This document shows positions 50,893-60,464 of a stretch of DNA of 64,000 nt, one piece after another. Location of the stretch: positions 19,798 to 83,797 of the forward strand of contig JABIHN010000075.1 in NCBI GenBank assembly GCA_018649625.1, in the 5' to 3' direction. How positions within the stretch are numbered: the first letter of the stretch is position 1; each line of letters opens with the position of its first letter. The stretch is from Fidelibacterota bacterium (GTDB lineage: Bacteria; Fidelibacterota; Marinisomatia; Marinisomatales; UBA1611). The position numbers and the translations under genes were made by a program. The notes below the pieces were generated by a model. It was given only the letters and a program-made list of their open reading frames with translations. It was not told where the DNA came from and did no database searches.

Positions 50893-51438
50893 TTAATAAT
50901 TAGGTAAGTTTTTTTGTTCAGATAATTTAGGTAGAATTAGATCTTTTTCTGAGAGTAATGGAGTATCATTTTTCCAATTTAATCCTATAGTTTCATCATT
51001 CCAGATAATCCCATATTGATCGTTTGGATCATAAACAGCTGTACATTTGTAGGTAACAATCGCTTCTGTAGAAGTAACTAAATACCCATGCGCAAATCCT
51101 TCGGGTATATAAAGCATTTTCCTGTTTTCAACGGTAAGATGAACAATCTCTGATTCTCCAAAAGTAGGGGATCCTATTCTGATATCAACAGCTACATCTA
51201 AAATACTCCCTGAAACAACACGAACTAATTTCCCCTGTGGATGCTTTAATTGATAGTGAAGTCCTCTAAGAACACCCAGGGTAGATTTTGCTTCATTATC
51301 CTGAACAAAATTAGTAGGAAGGCCATTTTGCTCAAATATTGGCGTTTTATAAGATTCAAAAAAGTAACCTCGATCATCTTCAAAAACACGAGGAGTTATA
51401 ATTTTCACACCCTCAAGTGATGTATTTTCAACAATCAT
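50893..51438 (-). CDS. rfbC: dTDP-4-dehydrorhamnose 3,5-epimerase
   Basis: 181 aa with FEDDRGYFFE, GVLRGLHYQ, KLVRVVSGSILDVAVDIR and PEGFAHG. Confidence 0.93.
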   Translation of the reverse strand: MIVENTSLEGVKIITPRVFEDDRGYFFESYKTPIFEQNGLPTNFVQDNEAKSTLGVLRGLHYQLKHPQGKLVRVVSGSILDVAVDIRIGSPTFGESEIVHLTVENRKMLYIPEGFAHGYLVTSTEAIVTYKCTAVYDPNDQYGIIWNDETIGLNWKNDTPLLSEKDLILPKLSEQKNLPNY

Positions 51439-52751
51439 TGAATTTTTAACCTTCCTACATTATCAAATCGAAATCCATATTCAATTAATTTTTCAATACT
51501 TAAAATATTCCGAGTATCTAAAATTATTGGTGATTTCATAATTGTTTTTAATGTGTCCAAGCTCAACCCTCTAAATTCATTCCACTCAGTCATAATAGCA
51601 ACTGCATCTGTATTTTGGCATGCTTCTTTCCATGATGTAAAATATTTTAAATTAGGAAAATATTTCTTCATTGATTCATTCGCTATAGGGTCAAAAGCAT
51701 GAACCTGCCCTCCACCATCCAATATAGATTGAATCATATCAATGGATGAAGATTCACGTACGTCATCTGTATTCGGTTTAAATGCTAATCCCAAAACCCC
51801 AATGGTTTTTCCTGTCAAATCATCATCTACCAATTTTTTCAATTTTTCAGTCATTTTTATTTTTTGCTCATTATTGGTTATAATGGCTGCATCAATTGTA
51901 TGCATAGGTGCTCCTTTTTTACGTGAAAGAGCTGCAATTGCTTCAGTATCTTTTGGAAAACAGGAACCACCATATCCCGGTCCAGGATGTAAAAACTTTG
52001 GACTAATTCGCCCGTCTTGGCCCATCGCTTTTGCTACTTGGTGAATGTCTGCACCAACTTTTTCACATAAATTAGCGACTTCATTGATATAACTAATTTT
52101 TAAAGCTAAAAATGCATTGGCGGCATATTTTATCATTTCAGCTGTTGCAACATTTGTATGAAGAATGGGCTTTTCATTCACATATAATGGACGATAAACA
52201 TCTCGCATAATATCAAATGCTCTTTCACTCGTGGCACCAATAACTACTCGATCTGGCCATAGAAAATCTTTAACAGCTGACCCTTCTCTTAAAAATTCAG
52301 GATTAGAAACATAATCAAATACACCACCTTTAGGCATTGTTTCTCGAATAAGTTCACATACACGATCCCCAGTTCCAATTGGAACGGTACTTTTTGTACA
52401 AATAACTTTATAATTATTTAAATTTTTTCCAATGGCACGTGCAACAGATTCAACAGCTGAAATATTTGCTTCACCATTTTCACCTTGGGGAGTTCCAACT
52501 GCAATAAAAATTACATCTGCTGTTTGAATCGCTTCATCTACATTTGTTGTAAATGATAATCTTCCTGTGCTTACATTTCGTTTTACTAGATCATCCAACC
52601 CTGGTTCATAAATTGGAATTTCACCTTGTTGAAGTAATTTTATTTTAGATTCTATTTTGTCAGCACAGTTGACATAATGGCCAAAATCAGAAATTCCTGC
52701 ACCACTTACAAGTCCAACATATCCAGTGCCAATAACAGTTATTTTTTTCAC
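51435..52751 (-). CDS. ugd: UDP-glucose 6-dehydrogenase
   Basis: 438 aa with VIGTGYVGLV, NPEFLREGSAV and GGSCFPKDT. GTG start. Confidence 0.92.
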   Translation of the reverse strand: MKKITVIGTGYVGLVSGAGISDFGHYVNCADKIESKIKLLQQGEIPIYEPGLDDLVKRNVSTGRLSFTTNVDEAIQTADVIFIAVGTPQGENGEANISAVESVARAIGKNLNNYKVICTKSTVPIGTGDRVCELIRETMPKGGVFDYVSNPEFLREGSAVKDFLWPDRVVIGATSERAFDIMRDVYRPLYVNEKPILHTNVATAEMIKYAANAFLALKISYINEVANLCEKVGADIHQVAKAMGQDGRISPKFLHPGPGYGGSCFPKDTEAIAALSRKKGAPMHTIDAAIITNNEQKIKMTEKLKKLVDDDLTGKTIGVLGLAFKPNTDDVRESSSIDMIQSILDGGGQVHAFDPIANESMKKYFPNLKYFTSWKEACQNTDAVAIMTEWNEFRGLSLDTLKTIMKSPIILDTRNILSIEKLIEYGFRFDNVGRLKIQ

Positions 52752-52808
52752 AATAATTCCTTAAATATTAGTCTATAATTTAATGATATATAAAAGACAA
52801 CCCAACAC

Positions 52809-54914
52809 TCACATCAACCCTAATCTTCTTCTCAATAACCATTCAGCAGATAATATCCCTAATATAAAAACAAAAAATATCCAATTATTATGTAATATAA
52901 CTTTTGAATAAAAAATCTCATTTTTAGATTTTAATGAAATATTATTAACTAAAAGGTGTCTGTCATCCCATTGATTAAAAGTGCCATTATTTTCATAAGC
53001 AAGTGTAAAGAGTGGTCCTTTATTCAAATAAACATGATTCAGTTCTATTTGACTCTCCTGAACTTGAATTGCCCCTTCTCCAACTAGGATAGAATTTTCT
53101 CCATATAATAATTCAATTTCATAATCCAATTGCCCAAATTGAGAAGCCCAAAATTGAGATGTATAATTCCCGGTTTTTTCATTAAATCTGATTGGTTTTG
53201 TGTTAATTCTTTCCCCTTGCTGTGATATATGAAGGAAGCCTTCATCTGCAACTTGAGTGTCTCGAATTGGTTTACCTGAAACTGTCACTCTCTCACCCTG
53301 TTGATAGGAGTTTTTATCAGAGCGAAAATAAAAATCACGATCATTCCCAGTTCTCATCAACCATGAAAATACAGGATCAAACATTTCGTTTATTAAATTT
53401 GATAACTTAGTATCACGTGTTTTATAATATAATGTATTAAGATCTGGTGAGGCCCAAACCATAAATCTCAATGGTGATTTTTCACCGATAAGAAATAAAG
53501 GGAAATCGAATTCAGACAAAGAGAAATTTGCCAATGAAATCGCATTTGAAGAATCCAATTCAATTTGAGCAAATAATGGAGGAAGGTTTGACCGTTCAAC
53601 ATCCATTCGATTTATTTTATGAAAAGGGAAAAACGAGTCCCAATTTGAGTTTAAATTCCAATCATACGTTGTTTCTAATTGTATTAAAGGATCATTTAAG
53701 GATACGTCCACGAGTGATAGAAATGTTTTTAGCGACGATTTATCTGTATCATGACCAACAACAAATGCAATACTTGTTTGCTGCGCTATTAATTTTTTCG
53801 CAAGAATTCTCAAATAAGATTTCCATTCAGATGCATTTTCTTTTATGGGATTATTATCAAAAATAATTAAATCATACTTTGTATCCCAAAAAGATTTTAA
53901 TGGTTTAGAATATCCATCGGGACGATATACATAATGATCTATTTGATAGTTTGGATTATCAGTTAGAATCTGTTTTATAATATGTGTATTAAAATTTGGT
54001 GCACCTGTGAAAAATGCGATGGCATAATCATTTTTTAAAACCTGAATAGGAACAATTTGTTTATTGTTAAAAATATTATTTTCATCCGAAAGAACATTGA
54101 CTTGAACTTTATATTTTATTTCCCCAGTATGATTGGGATTAATTCGAAATCGGACACGTTCTAAACTCCCATCGCCAGAAACGGTTACAACTTTTGAGCC
54201 GACCAATTTCGTCCCTGAATAGATTGTAACATTCAATCTTTCATTGATAGTACCATGACTTGAAATGGTTACATCGAAATCTGCATTTTCACCTTTAATA
54301 ATAACTGGTGGTGCATCAATTGAATGAATTGCCACATCAATTAAAGGCGTTTCATCACCGACACCTACTATATGTATTGGAGATGATATTCCTATACTTT
54401 GTGAAGGAATTTCAGATCCTAAATTTGCTTGCCCATCTGTAATTATAATCGACCCACCTAACCCTTCTATGTCACTGGATTGAATATGAGAAATCACTTG
54501 CCCTAAATCAGTTGATCCTTCTGCTATTTTTTTATCTCCTAATGCCCATGTAGTATCTAAATTACTCCCGAATCCAATCACTTTTAAATTAACGTTTTTT
54601 TCATTAATTCGATCTATAAGCATATCAATTCCAGAAATAAATGAACCCACGGAAGGATGAGAATGATAAGACATACTTAAGGATCTATCGATGTATATAT
54701 GCCAATCTAAATCTATCGATTTGGATTTTGATTGTTCAATATTTGGATCTAATAACAATAATACAAGTAGTAAAAGTAAAAAACTTCTTAACATTAAAAT
54801 TGGCCGAAGTTTAATATTCTTCCTTACTTGATAAAAAGAAAATATCAGCCCTAATAAACCAATTAATAAAATGAACCAAAATAATTGATCCGGACTTGTA
54901 TAAGTAAGTTTCAA
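52809..54914 (-). CDS. BatA_N/vWA-domain membrane protein (function unknown)
   Basis: 701 aa: N-terminal double-TM region ending ...LLLLDP, vWA MIDAS DRSLS (IYIDRSLSMSY) and IITDGQAN, about 450 aa uncharacterised, then a C-terminal TM plus WLLRRRLGL. The TTG start lies 2 nt after the tsaD stop. Confidence 0.6.
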   Translation of the reverse strand: MKLTYTSPDQLFWFILLIGLLGLIFSFYQVRKNIKLRPILMLRSFLLLLLVLLLLDPNIEQSKSKSIDLDWHIYIDRSLSMSYHSHPSVGSFISGIDMLIDRINEKNVNLKVIGFGSNLDTTWALGDKKIAEGSTDLGQVISHIQSSDIEGLGGSIIITDGQANLGSEIPSQSIGISSPIHIVGVGDETPLIDVAIHSIDAPPVIIKGENADFDVTISSHGTINERLNVTIYSGTKLVGSKVVTVSGDGSLERVRFRINPNHTGEIKYKVQVNVLSDENNIFNNKQIVPIQVLKNDYAIAFFTGAPNFNTHIIKQILTDNPNYQIDHYVYRPDGYSKPLKSFWDTKYDLIIFDNNPIKENASEWKSYLRILAKKLIAQQTSIAFVVGHDTDKSSLKTFLSLVDVSLNDPLIQLETTYDWNLNSNWDSFFPFHKINRMDVERSNLPPLFAQIELDSSNAISLANFSLSEFDFPLFLIGEKSPLRFMVWASPDLNTLYYKTRDTKLSNLINEMFDPVFSWLMRTGNDRDFYFRSDKNSYQQGERVTVSGKPIRDTQVADEGFLHISQQGERINTKPIRFNEKTGNYTSQFWASQFGQLDYEIELLYGENSILVGEGAIQVQESQIELNHVYLNKGPLFTLAYENNGTFNQWDDRHLLVNNISLKSKNEIFYSKVILHNNWIFFVFILGILSAEWLLRRRLGLM

Positions 54915-54916
54915 GT

Positions 54917-55906
54917 CTACCCTAATTTCAAATTTGGATTAACTCCAAAATTAAGAGACCCTGTTTCTCCATTTTGAAATTTTAATTCACCTAAATAGCT
55001 TATCATTGCAGCATTATCCGTACAATAAGATAATTCTGGAAATAAAATTTGTATATTTTTAAAACTGGTTTCCATTGAATCCCTTAAACATTTATTTGCT
55101 GCAACCCCGCCAGCAATAATACATGTATTGACCTGTGTTTTATTAATTGCTCTTTTCATTTTTTCAACCAACGCATCAACAATTGCTTGCTGATAACTCG
55201 CAATTATATCCTTTTTAGTTAAAGAATTACTTTCTTTAAAATCATCCATAAAGTATAATAAAGAAGTTTTTAATCCACTAAAGCTAAATTCTAGAGAATC
55301 CTTTGCCATTAGACTGCGAGGAAAATTATATGCTTTAGGATTTCCATCTCTTGCATGTTTTTCAATTTCAGGTCCTCCCGGGTATCCTAATCCAAAAATT
55401 CGAGCACCTTTATCAAAAGCTTCTCCCGCCGCATCATCTCGTGTTTCGCCTAAGAGTTCATAATCATTCATCTTTTTGATGTGCCATAATTGAGTGTGCC
55501 CTCCCGAAACGAGTAGGCATACAAACGGATATGCTAACGAAGGATCAGCCAAAAAGTTCGCAAAAATATGTGCTTCAAGATGATTGACAGGAATGACCGG
55601 AATATTTAGTCCAAACCCCAATCCTTTTGCAAAACTTACACCTGTTAATAAAGTGCCAGCCAGCCCAGGACCATATGTTACAGCAATTCCATCTATATCA
55701 TTTTTTGTAATGTTTGCTTCAATTAGTGCTTCATGCACAATTAAATTCAATTGTTTTTCATGTTCACGAGAAGCTAATTCTGGAACGACGCCCCCAAATC
55801 GAGAATGGATTAATTGGGAACTAACTATACTTGATAATATCTGTCCATCTCGACATATAGCAGCTGCCGTCTCATCACAGGACGATTCAATTCCTAATAT
55901 TGTCAT
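54917..55906 (-). CDS. tsaD: tRNA N6-adenosine threonylcarbamoyltransferase
   Basis: 329 aa with ILGIESSCDETAAA, NHLEAHI, LLVSGGHT and GYPGGP. Confidence 0.95.
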   Translation of the reverse strand: MTILGIESSCDETAAAICRDGQILSSIVSSQLIHSRFGGVVPELASREHEKQLNLIVHEALIEANITKNDIDGIAVTYGPGLAGTLLTGVSFAKGLGFGLNIPVIPVNHLEAHIFANFLADPSLAYPFVCLLVSGGHTQLWHIKKMNDYELLGETRDDAAGEAFDKGARIFGLGYPGGPEIEKHARDGNPKAYNFPRSLMAKDSLEFSFSGLKTSLLYFMDDFKESNSLTKKDIIASYQQAIVDALVEKMKRAINKTQVNTCIIAGGVAANKCLRDSMETSFKNIQILFPELSYCTDNAAMISYLGELKFQNGETGSLNFGVNPNLKLG

Positions 55907-56880
55907 TTTACTTCACGAGCAACACCCAATTCTAAACTCCGGGGTGAAATATCTCGCCATTCAAGCACATCAGCTGGAATAATTACTATAGGTTCATAAA
56001 ATTGAATTTTACGGTTCCAACTATTAAAATCGATAATGATTTGAATATCTTCCGGATTCAATTTAGCAATACGTTGAACACCTCCAACAACGGTTAAGGA
56101 GATCGTTTGAGGAGATGGAAATACTCGAATATTTTTTTTAATATTTATTACATTTACAGGAATGTCAACAATAATTCGTTCGCCTATTTCCTGAATATTT
56201 AGTTTTATCATTACAGCATCATGTGAATAGTTAATTAATCTACCTAATGATTCTATTTCCATTAAACTTTGCAAAGGTATTGTAATTCCTGAAACTGTAT
56301 CTAGAATTGTTTCAACATGATTAATTAATGCCAATTCTTCTTTTGGACCCGCAATTTGAATTTGATTGGGTGTAATTTTGATATTACCGACTTGAATATG
56401 CCCCGAGGTGGGAATAACAATTAGATTTGATAAAACTGAAACTGTTTTAACTTTATAATCATCTAAACTAATTTGAATACGATTTGGATGGACAATTTCT
56501 ACAAATGAAATATTATAATTAGAAGGTAGAACTACTTTTTGGGGATATTTTTCAAAATATTCATTTAAAATAAATTCATATTCTTGAGAAATACCTTCAA
56601 GATCTAAAACTAATTTGAATCCTGCATATTTTTTAAGTAAAGTAGATTTAAATAAATCTCTACCTGTACCTTTTAGCCTAACAGTCGCAAATTGCGGAAC
56701 TTCTTCCCGGTGTGCCTTTTGGACGTTTAAATTTCGCGCTTCAATTGGAAAATCCATCATCATGGTATATTCGTTTTCTGATACAACAAATATCCATAAT
56801 AATAGCGCTAATCCAAAAGCGCCCAAAGGCATTGCTATTCTTTTAAAGAATAGAGAATCAATGGGCTTTTTTTGTGCCAT
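55903..56880 (-). CDS. YbbR-like domain protein (membrane-anchored)
   Basis: 325 aa: one N-terminal TM followed by repeated beta-rich modules of about 80 aa resembling YbbR repeats. No diadenylate cyclase gene is adjacent. Confidence 0.55.
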   Translation of the reverse strand: MAQKKPIDSLFFKRIAMPLGAFGLALLLWIFVVSENEYTMMMDFPIEARNLNVQKAHREEVPQFATVRLKGTGRDLFKSTLLKKYAGFKLVLDLEGISQEYEFILNEYFEKYPQKVVLPSNYNISFVEIVHPNRIQISLDDYKVKTVSVLSNLIVIPTSGHIQVGNIKITPNQIQIAGPKEELALINHVETILDTVSGITIPLQSLMEIESLGRLINYSHDAVMIKLNIQEIGERIIVDIPVNVINIKKNIRVFPSPQTISLTVVGGVQRIAKLNPEDIQIIIDFNSWNRKIQFYEPIVIIPADVLEWRDISPRSLELGVAREVK

Positions 56881-56907
56881 AAGATGACGTTACCCATTGA
56901 TGGGCAA

Positions 56908-58854
56908 TTATTCTTCTTTCTCAGTTTTAGAAACGGGTGCTTCTTTGGTTTCAACTATTCCACCATCTTTTTCAGCCCCAATTGCTAAATCCAACAACTC
57001 TTGTGGTAACTCTAGTTTTTCACCTGTTGTAGTATTCTGATTTTTTAGGAATTGTTTAACTTCATTCGTTGCAGACGTAGATTTGCCTGTTCCAGCCAAT
57101 TCTTCTTTAAAAAGAATTACTTTCTTATCATCAGGCGCAACAGTCATCACAATTCCGGAAAGATTTGCGCCAACTTCGTATTGGCTTGCCAATGCTTTAC
57201 GATCGCGTTTTGACATTTTTCCAAAAGGAATAATTCCTTCGACTTCTAAGTCTAATTGAATAATAATCCCTTTATCTAAAACTCGAATGATTTCACCACT
57301 TACTTCATTTCCAGCCTGATAATGTTCAACAATATTTGGCCATGGGTCTTCAAATAATTGTCTATAACCTAAGGAAATTCTTCGATTCTCTCGAGAAACT
57401 TCTAAAATACGAACTTCAATTTCCTGGCCTTTTTCAACAACTTCCTTTGGATGCTTAATTACTTTTGTCCAAGAAAGATCGGATACATGGACAAGCCCAT
57501 CAATCCCTTCTTCCAATTCTGCAAAAGCACCAAATTGAGTAAGGTTTTGAACTTTACAGTTGTGAACCGTTCCTACCATGTATTTTTCTTCAATCACATC
57601 CCATGGATCAGGCATAAGTTGTTTTACGCCAAGACTAATCTTTCGATCTTCAGAATCAATTGCAAGAACCTTCGCTTCTATTTCATCACCCATCTTATAT
57701 ACTTCAGATGGATTTTTAATATGTTTAGTCCAAGAAATTTCCGAAACATGGATTAAGCCTTCTACTCCAGGTTCCAATTCAATAAAACAACCATAATTAG
57801 TTAAGCTGACAACTTTCCCTTTCAAGATATTTCCAACAGGAAATTTAATTTCAACATCGTCCCATGGATGAGGAACTAATTGTTTTAATCCTAAAGATAC
57901 ACGTTTTCTTTCTTCATCATATTCAATGACTTTAACCGTAATACTATCATTCATTTCAAGAACTTCAGATGGATGATTCACACGCCCCCAAGTCAAATCG
58001 GTAATATGTAATAAACCATCAATTCCACCTAAGTCGACAAATACACCAAAATCAGTAATATTTTTCACTCGTCCTTCTAATATAGAGCCAACTTCTAATT
58101 CCTTAAATAATGCATCACGTTGTTCAATAAGGCTTTCTTCTAAAATAACTTTATGAGAAACAACAATATTTTTCCGTGCTTCGTTGAATTTAACAATTCG
58201 AATTTCAATTTCTTTATCAAGATAAATATCGAAATCTTGTACGGGACGGACATCTACTTGTGATCCAGGTAAGAAAGCTTGTACGACTCCTAAATCAACA
58301 ATCATTCCGCCTTTTATTCTACGAATAATGGTCCCGGTTATAATAGTTTGATTATCGAATGCGTCACGAAGTTCCTGCCATCTTCGCATAAAATCAGCTT
58401 TTTCCTTGGACAATATTGTATTACCACTAGCATCTTCTATAAATTCTAAAAATACTTCAACTTTATCTCCAATGGATGGTAGATCATCTTTCTTAAATTC
58501 ATGACGATCAATGATACCTTCAGATTTAAAGCCAATATCAATTAATACATCCCGGTCGTTCATACCAACAACACGACCAGTAATTAGAGAATGTTCTGTA
58601 ATTTCACCGAGGGTGCTTGAGTACATTTTCTCGAGATCAGCACTTATTTCTTGATCTACTTTATGAGCATCAATTTCACTTTGTCCAACAATACGAATAT
58701 CATGGAAAAGTTCAGGGTTTAAATAATCTTTTATTTCGGCTACAGTTTCGGCCGGGGTAGTAGGCACTTCCATGCTGGCTTCTTCTACAACTGTTTCTAC
58801 AGTTGCATCCAATGTCTCTTCAACTACCTGTTCTTTATTTTGTTCTTCAAACAT
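56908..58854 (-). CDS. rpsA: 30S ribosomal protein S1 (six S1 domains; acidic N- and C-terminal tails)
   Basis: 648 aa with repeated S1 motifs (GxV...GxxVDLG...GxLHxS), for example GRVKNITDFGVFVDLGGIDGLLHITD. Confidence 0.95.
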   Translation of the reverse strand: MFEEQNKEQVVEETLDATVETVVEEASMEVPTTPAETVAEIKDYLNPELFHDIRIVGQSEIDAHKVDQEISADLEKMYSSTLGEITEHSLITGRVVGMNDRDVLIDIGFKSEGIIDRHEFKKDDLPSIGDKVEVFLEFIEDASGNTILSKEKADFMRRWQELRDAFDNQTIITGTIIRRIKGGMIVDLGVVQAFLPGSQVDVRPVQDFDIYLDKEIEIRIVKFNEARKNIVVSHKVILEESLIEQRDALFKELEVGSILEGRVKNITDFGVFVDLGGIDGLLHITDLTWGRVNHPSEVLEMNDSITVKVIEYDEERKRVSLGLKQLVPHPWDDVEIKFPVGNILKGKVVSLTNYGCFIELEPGVEGLIHVSEISWTKHIKNPSEVYKMGDEIEAKVLAIDSEDRKISLGVKQLMPDPWDVIEEKYMVGTVHNCKVQNLTQFGAFAELEEGIDGLVHVSDLSWTKVIKHPKEVVEKGQEIEVRILEVSRENRRISLGYRQLFEDPWPNIVEHYQAGNEVSGEIIRVLDKGIIIQLDLEVEGIIPFGKMSKRDRKALASQYEVGANLSGIVMTVAPDDKKVILFKEELAGTGKSTSATNEVKQFLKNQNTTTGEKLELPQELLDLAIGAEKDGGIVETKEAPVSKTEKEE

Positions 58855-58872
58855 GCTTATGATGTTTCCTTG

Positions 58873-59532
58873 TTATTTGTTATGGTTAATTAAATTTATT
58901 ATTTTGTTTATTTGCTCTTTGATCGTGAGATTACTTGTATCGATTAAAATAGCATCTTTGGCTTGAATTAAAGGTGATAAAATCCTTGATGAATCCAACT
59001 CATCTCGTTTCACAATATCTTTTATTAAATCTGAAATGGTTTTGGATTCTCCCATTTTTTCAAGTTCAATCAATCGTCGCCTTGCGCGTACATCTATATC
59101 TGCAATCAGGAAAAATTTGAATTCTGCATTTGGAAATACGACCGTTCCAATATCCCGACCTTCTAATACACAACTATTTTCACCTGCTATTAATCGTTGA
59201 GTTTTTACCAGTTTCTCCCTCACAAACGGTAGGGCACTCACGGCACTTACTCGCGATGAAATATCCGCAGTACGAATTTCCGATGACACATCAACATGGT
59301 TCAATAAAATTTTATTAGATGCGTCAAATTGGATTTCCATTTTGTCTATAATCAGACGAACATTTTTTTCATCATCCGTAGCAATTCCAGCATTTTTAAG
59401 TCCCAAAGTAACTGCGCGATACATAGCACCTGTATCCAAGTGTATAAATCCCAGTATTTCGGCAATACATCTTGCTGTGGTACTTTTTCCAGATGCAGAA
59501 GGTCCGTCTATAGCTATAATCATTAATTTCAA
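58873..59532 (-). CDS. cmk: Cytidylate kinase
   Basis: 219 aa with IAIDGPSASGKST, LDTGAMYRA and EGRDIGTVVFP. Confidence 0.93.
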   Translation of the reverse strand: MKLMIIAIDGPSASGKSTTARCIAEILGFIHLDTGAMYRAVTLGLKNAGIATDDEKNVRLIIDKMEIQFDASNKILLNHVDVSSEIRTADISSRVSAVSALPFVREKLVKTQRLIAGENSCVLEGRDIGTVVFPNAEFKFFLIADIDVRARRRLIELEKMGESKTISDLIKDIVKRDELDSSRILSPLIQAKDAILIDTSNLTIKEQINKIINLINHNK

Positions 59533-59557
59533 TTCTCAATAAGCCGGCAAAATTACC

Positions 59558-59565
59558 TTTTTACA
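59558..59565 (-). promoter_or_regulatory. Candidate Bacteroidota-type -7 promoter element for the cmk-rpsA operon
   Basis: Minus strand TAATTTTG matches TAnnTTTG, 26 nt upstream of the cmk ATG. It sits at the end of a 228-bp AT-rich gap. The -33 partner is imperfect (TTGA/TTTA). Confidence 0.3.
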
Positions 59566-59760
59566 TCATTAAACTCAACGAATAAAAGAAGTAAAGTTTT
59601 TTTGATATTTATTACCTAAAATGTATTTATTTTTGATTACAGGTATAATTTTGAAATTTATAAACACTAATAATTCAATCGACCTGACCAGTAATTTAAT
59701 AAAATTCATTATTATATTTTCTGATGTGGGTATTTAAAAAAACAGTAAAAATATTATTTT

Positions 59761-60459
59761 CTATTTTCGAAGTGATTTAATTTCTCTTTCGGTTAAAGTT
59801 CGATAGTGATTTTCGGGTAAATCCCCAAGAACTAATCCACCAAAACGAATTCGTTTTAAAGTCAGGAGTTTTAATTTCAATCGGTACATAATACGACGAA
59901 TTTCTCTCTTTTTACCTTGTCGAAGCCGAATGATAACTCTAGTGCGTCCCTTGTTTGTATCCTGAGAAACTATTTCTGCTTTTCCATATTCTTTATCGCC
60001 AATATAGATTCCTCTTGCCAATTTTTGAATTTGGGCTGGTGCCATCCTTCCTTCGATAATTGCTTCATAATCTTTTGGTACACTGTTACTTGGATGAGAT
60101 AAATATTGATGCAAATCACCATCATTCGTTAAAAGTAAAAGACCTGTAGTATCTTGATCTAAACGTCCCACAGGCGTTAACCTATATTTTGATGGTACAA
60201 TATCTAATACTGTTCTTCGACCATGTGTGTCTTTTACAGTCGTTATTACCTTTGTAGGTTTGTGTAACATTATAACCACTTTTTCATGAACAAGAGTGAT
60301 TTTTTGTCCATCATATTTCACCACATCAGTTTCTTTAACATCGTATGCAGGATCCATACAAATATTCCCATTGACTTCAGTCGTTGCCATTTGAATCAAT
60401 TCATCTGCCTTACGTCGAGAAGCTATACCTGATTTTGCTAAAAATTTATTGAGTCGCAT
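59761..60459 (-). CDS. rluB: Pseudouridine synthase, RsuA/RluB family
   Basis: 232 aa with an S4 domain (MRLNKFLAKSGIASRRKADELI) and catalytic GRLDQDTTGLLLLTNDG. Confidence 0.85.
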   Translation of the reverse strand: MRLNKFLAKSGIASRRKADELIQMATTEVNGNICMDPAYDVKETDVVKYDGQKITLVHEKVVIMLHKPTKVITTVKDTHGRRTVLDIVPSKYRLTPVGRLDQDTTGLLLLTNDGDLHQYLSHPSNSVPKDYEAIIEGRMAPAQIQKLARGIYIGDKEYGKAEIVSQDTNKGRTRVIIRLRQGKKREIRRIMYRLKLKLLTLKRIRFGGLVLGDLPENHYRTLTEREIKSLRK

Positions 60460-60464
60460 TTTAA

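Noticed and set aside
59575-59709. A 44-codon minus-strand ORF (MNFIKLLVRSIELLVF...) in the rluB-cmk intergenic gap
   Set aside because: It is an AT-rich, low-information sequence with no motif. It most likely arises by chance in a promoter region.
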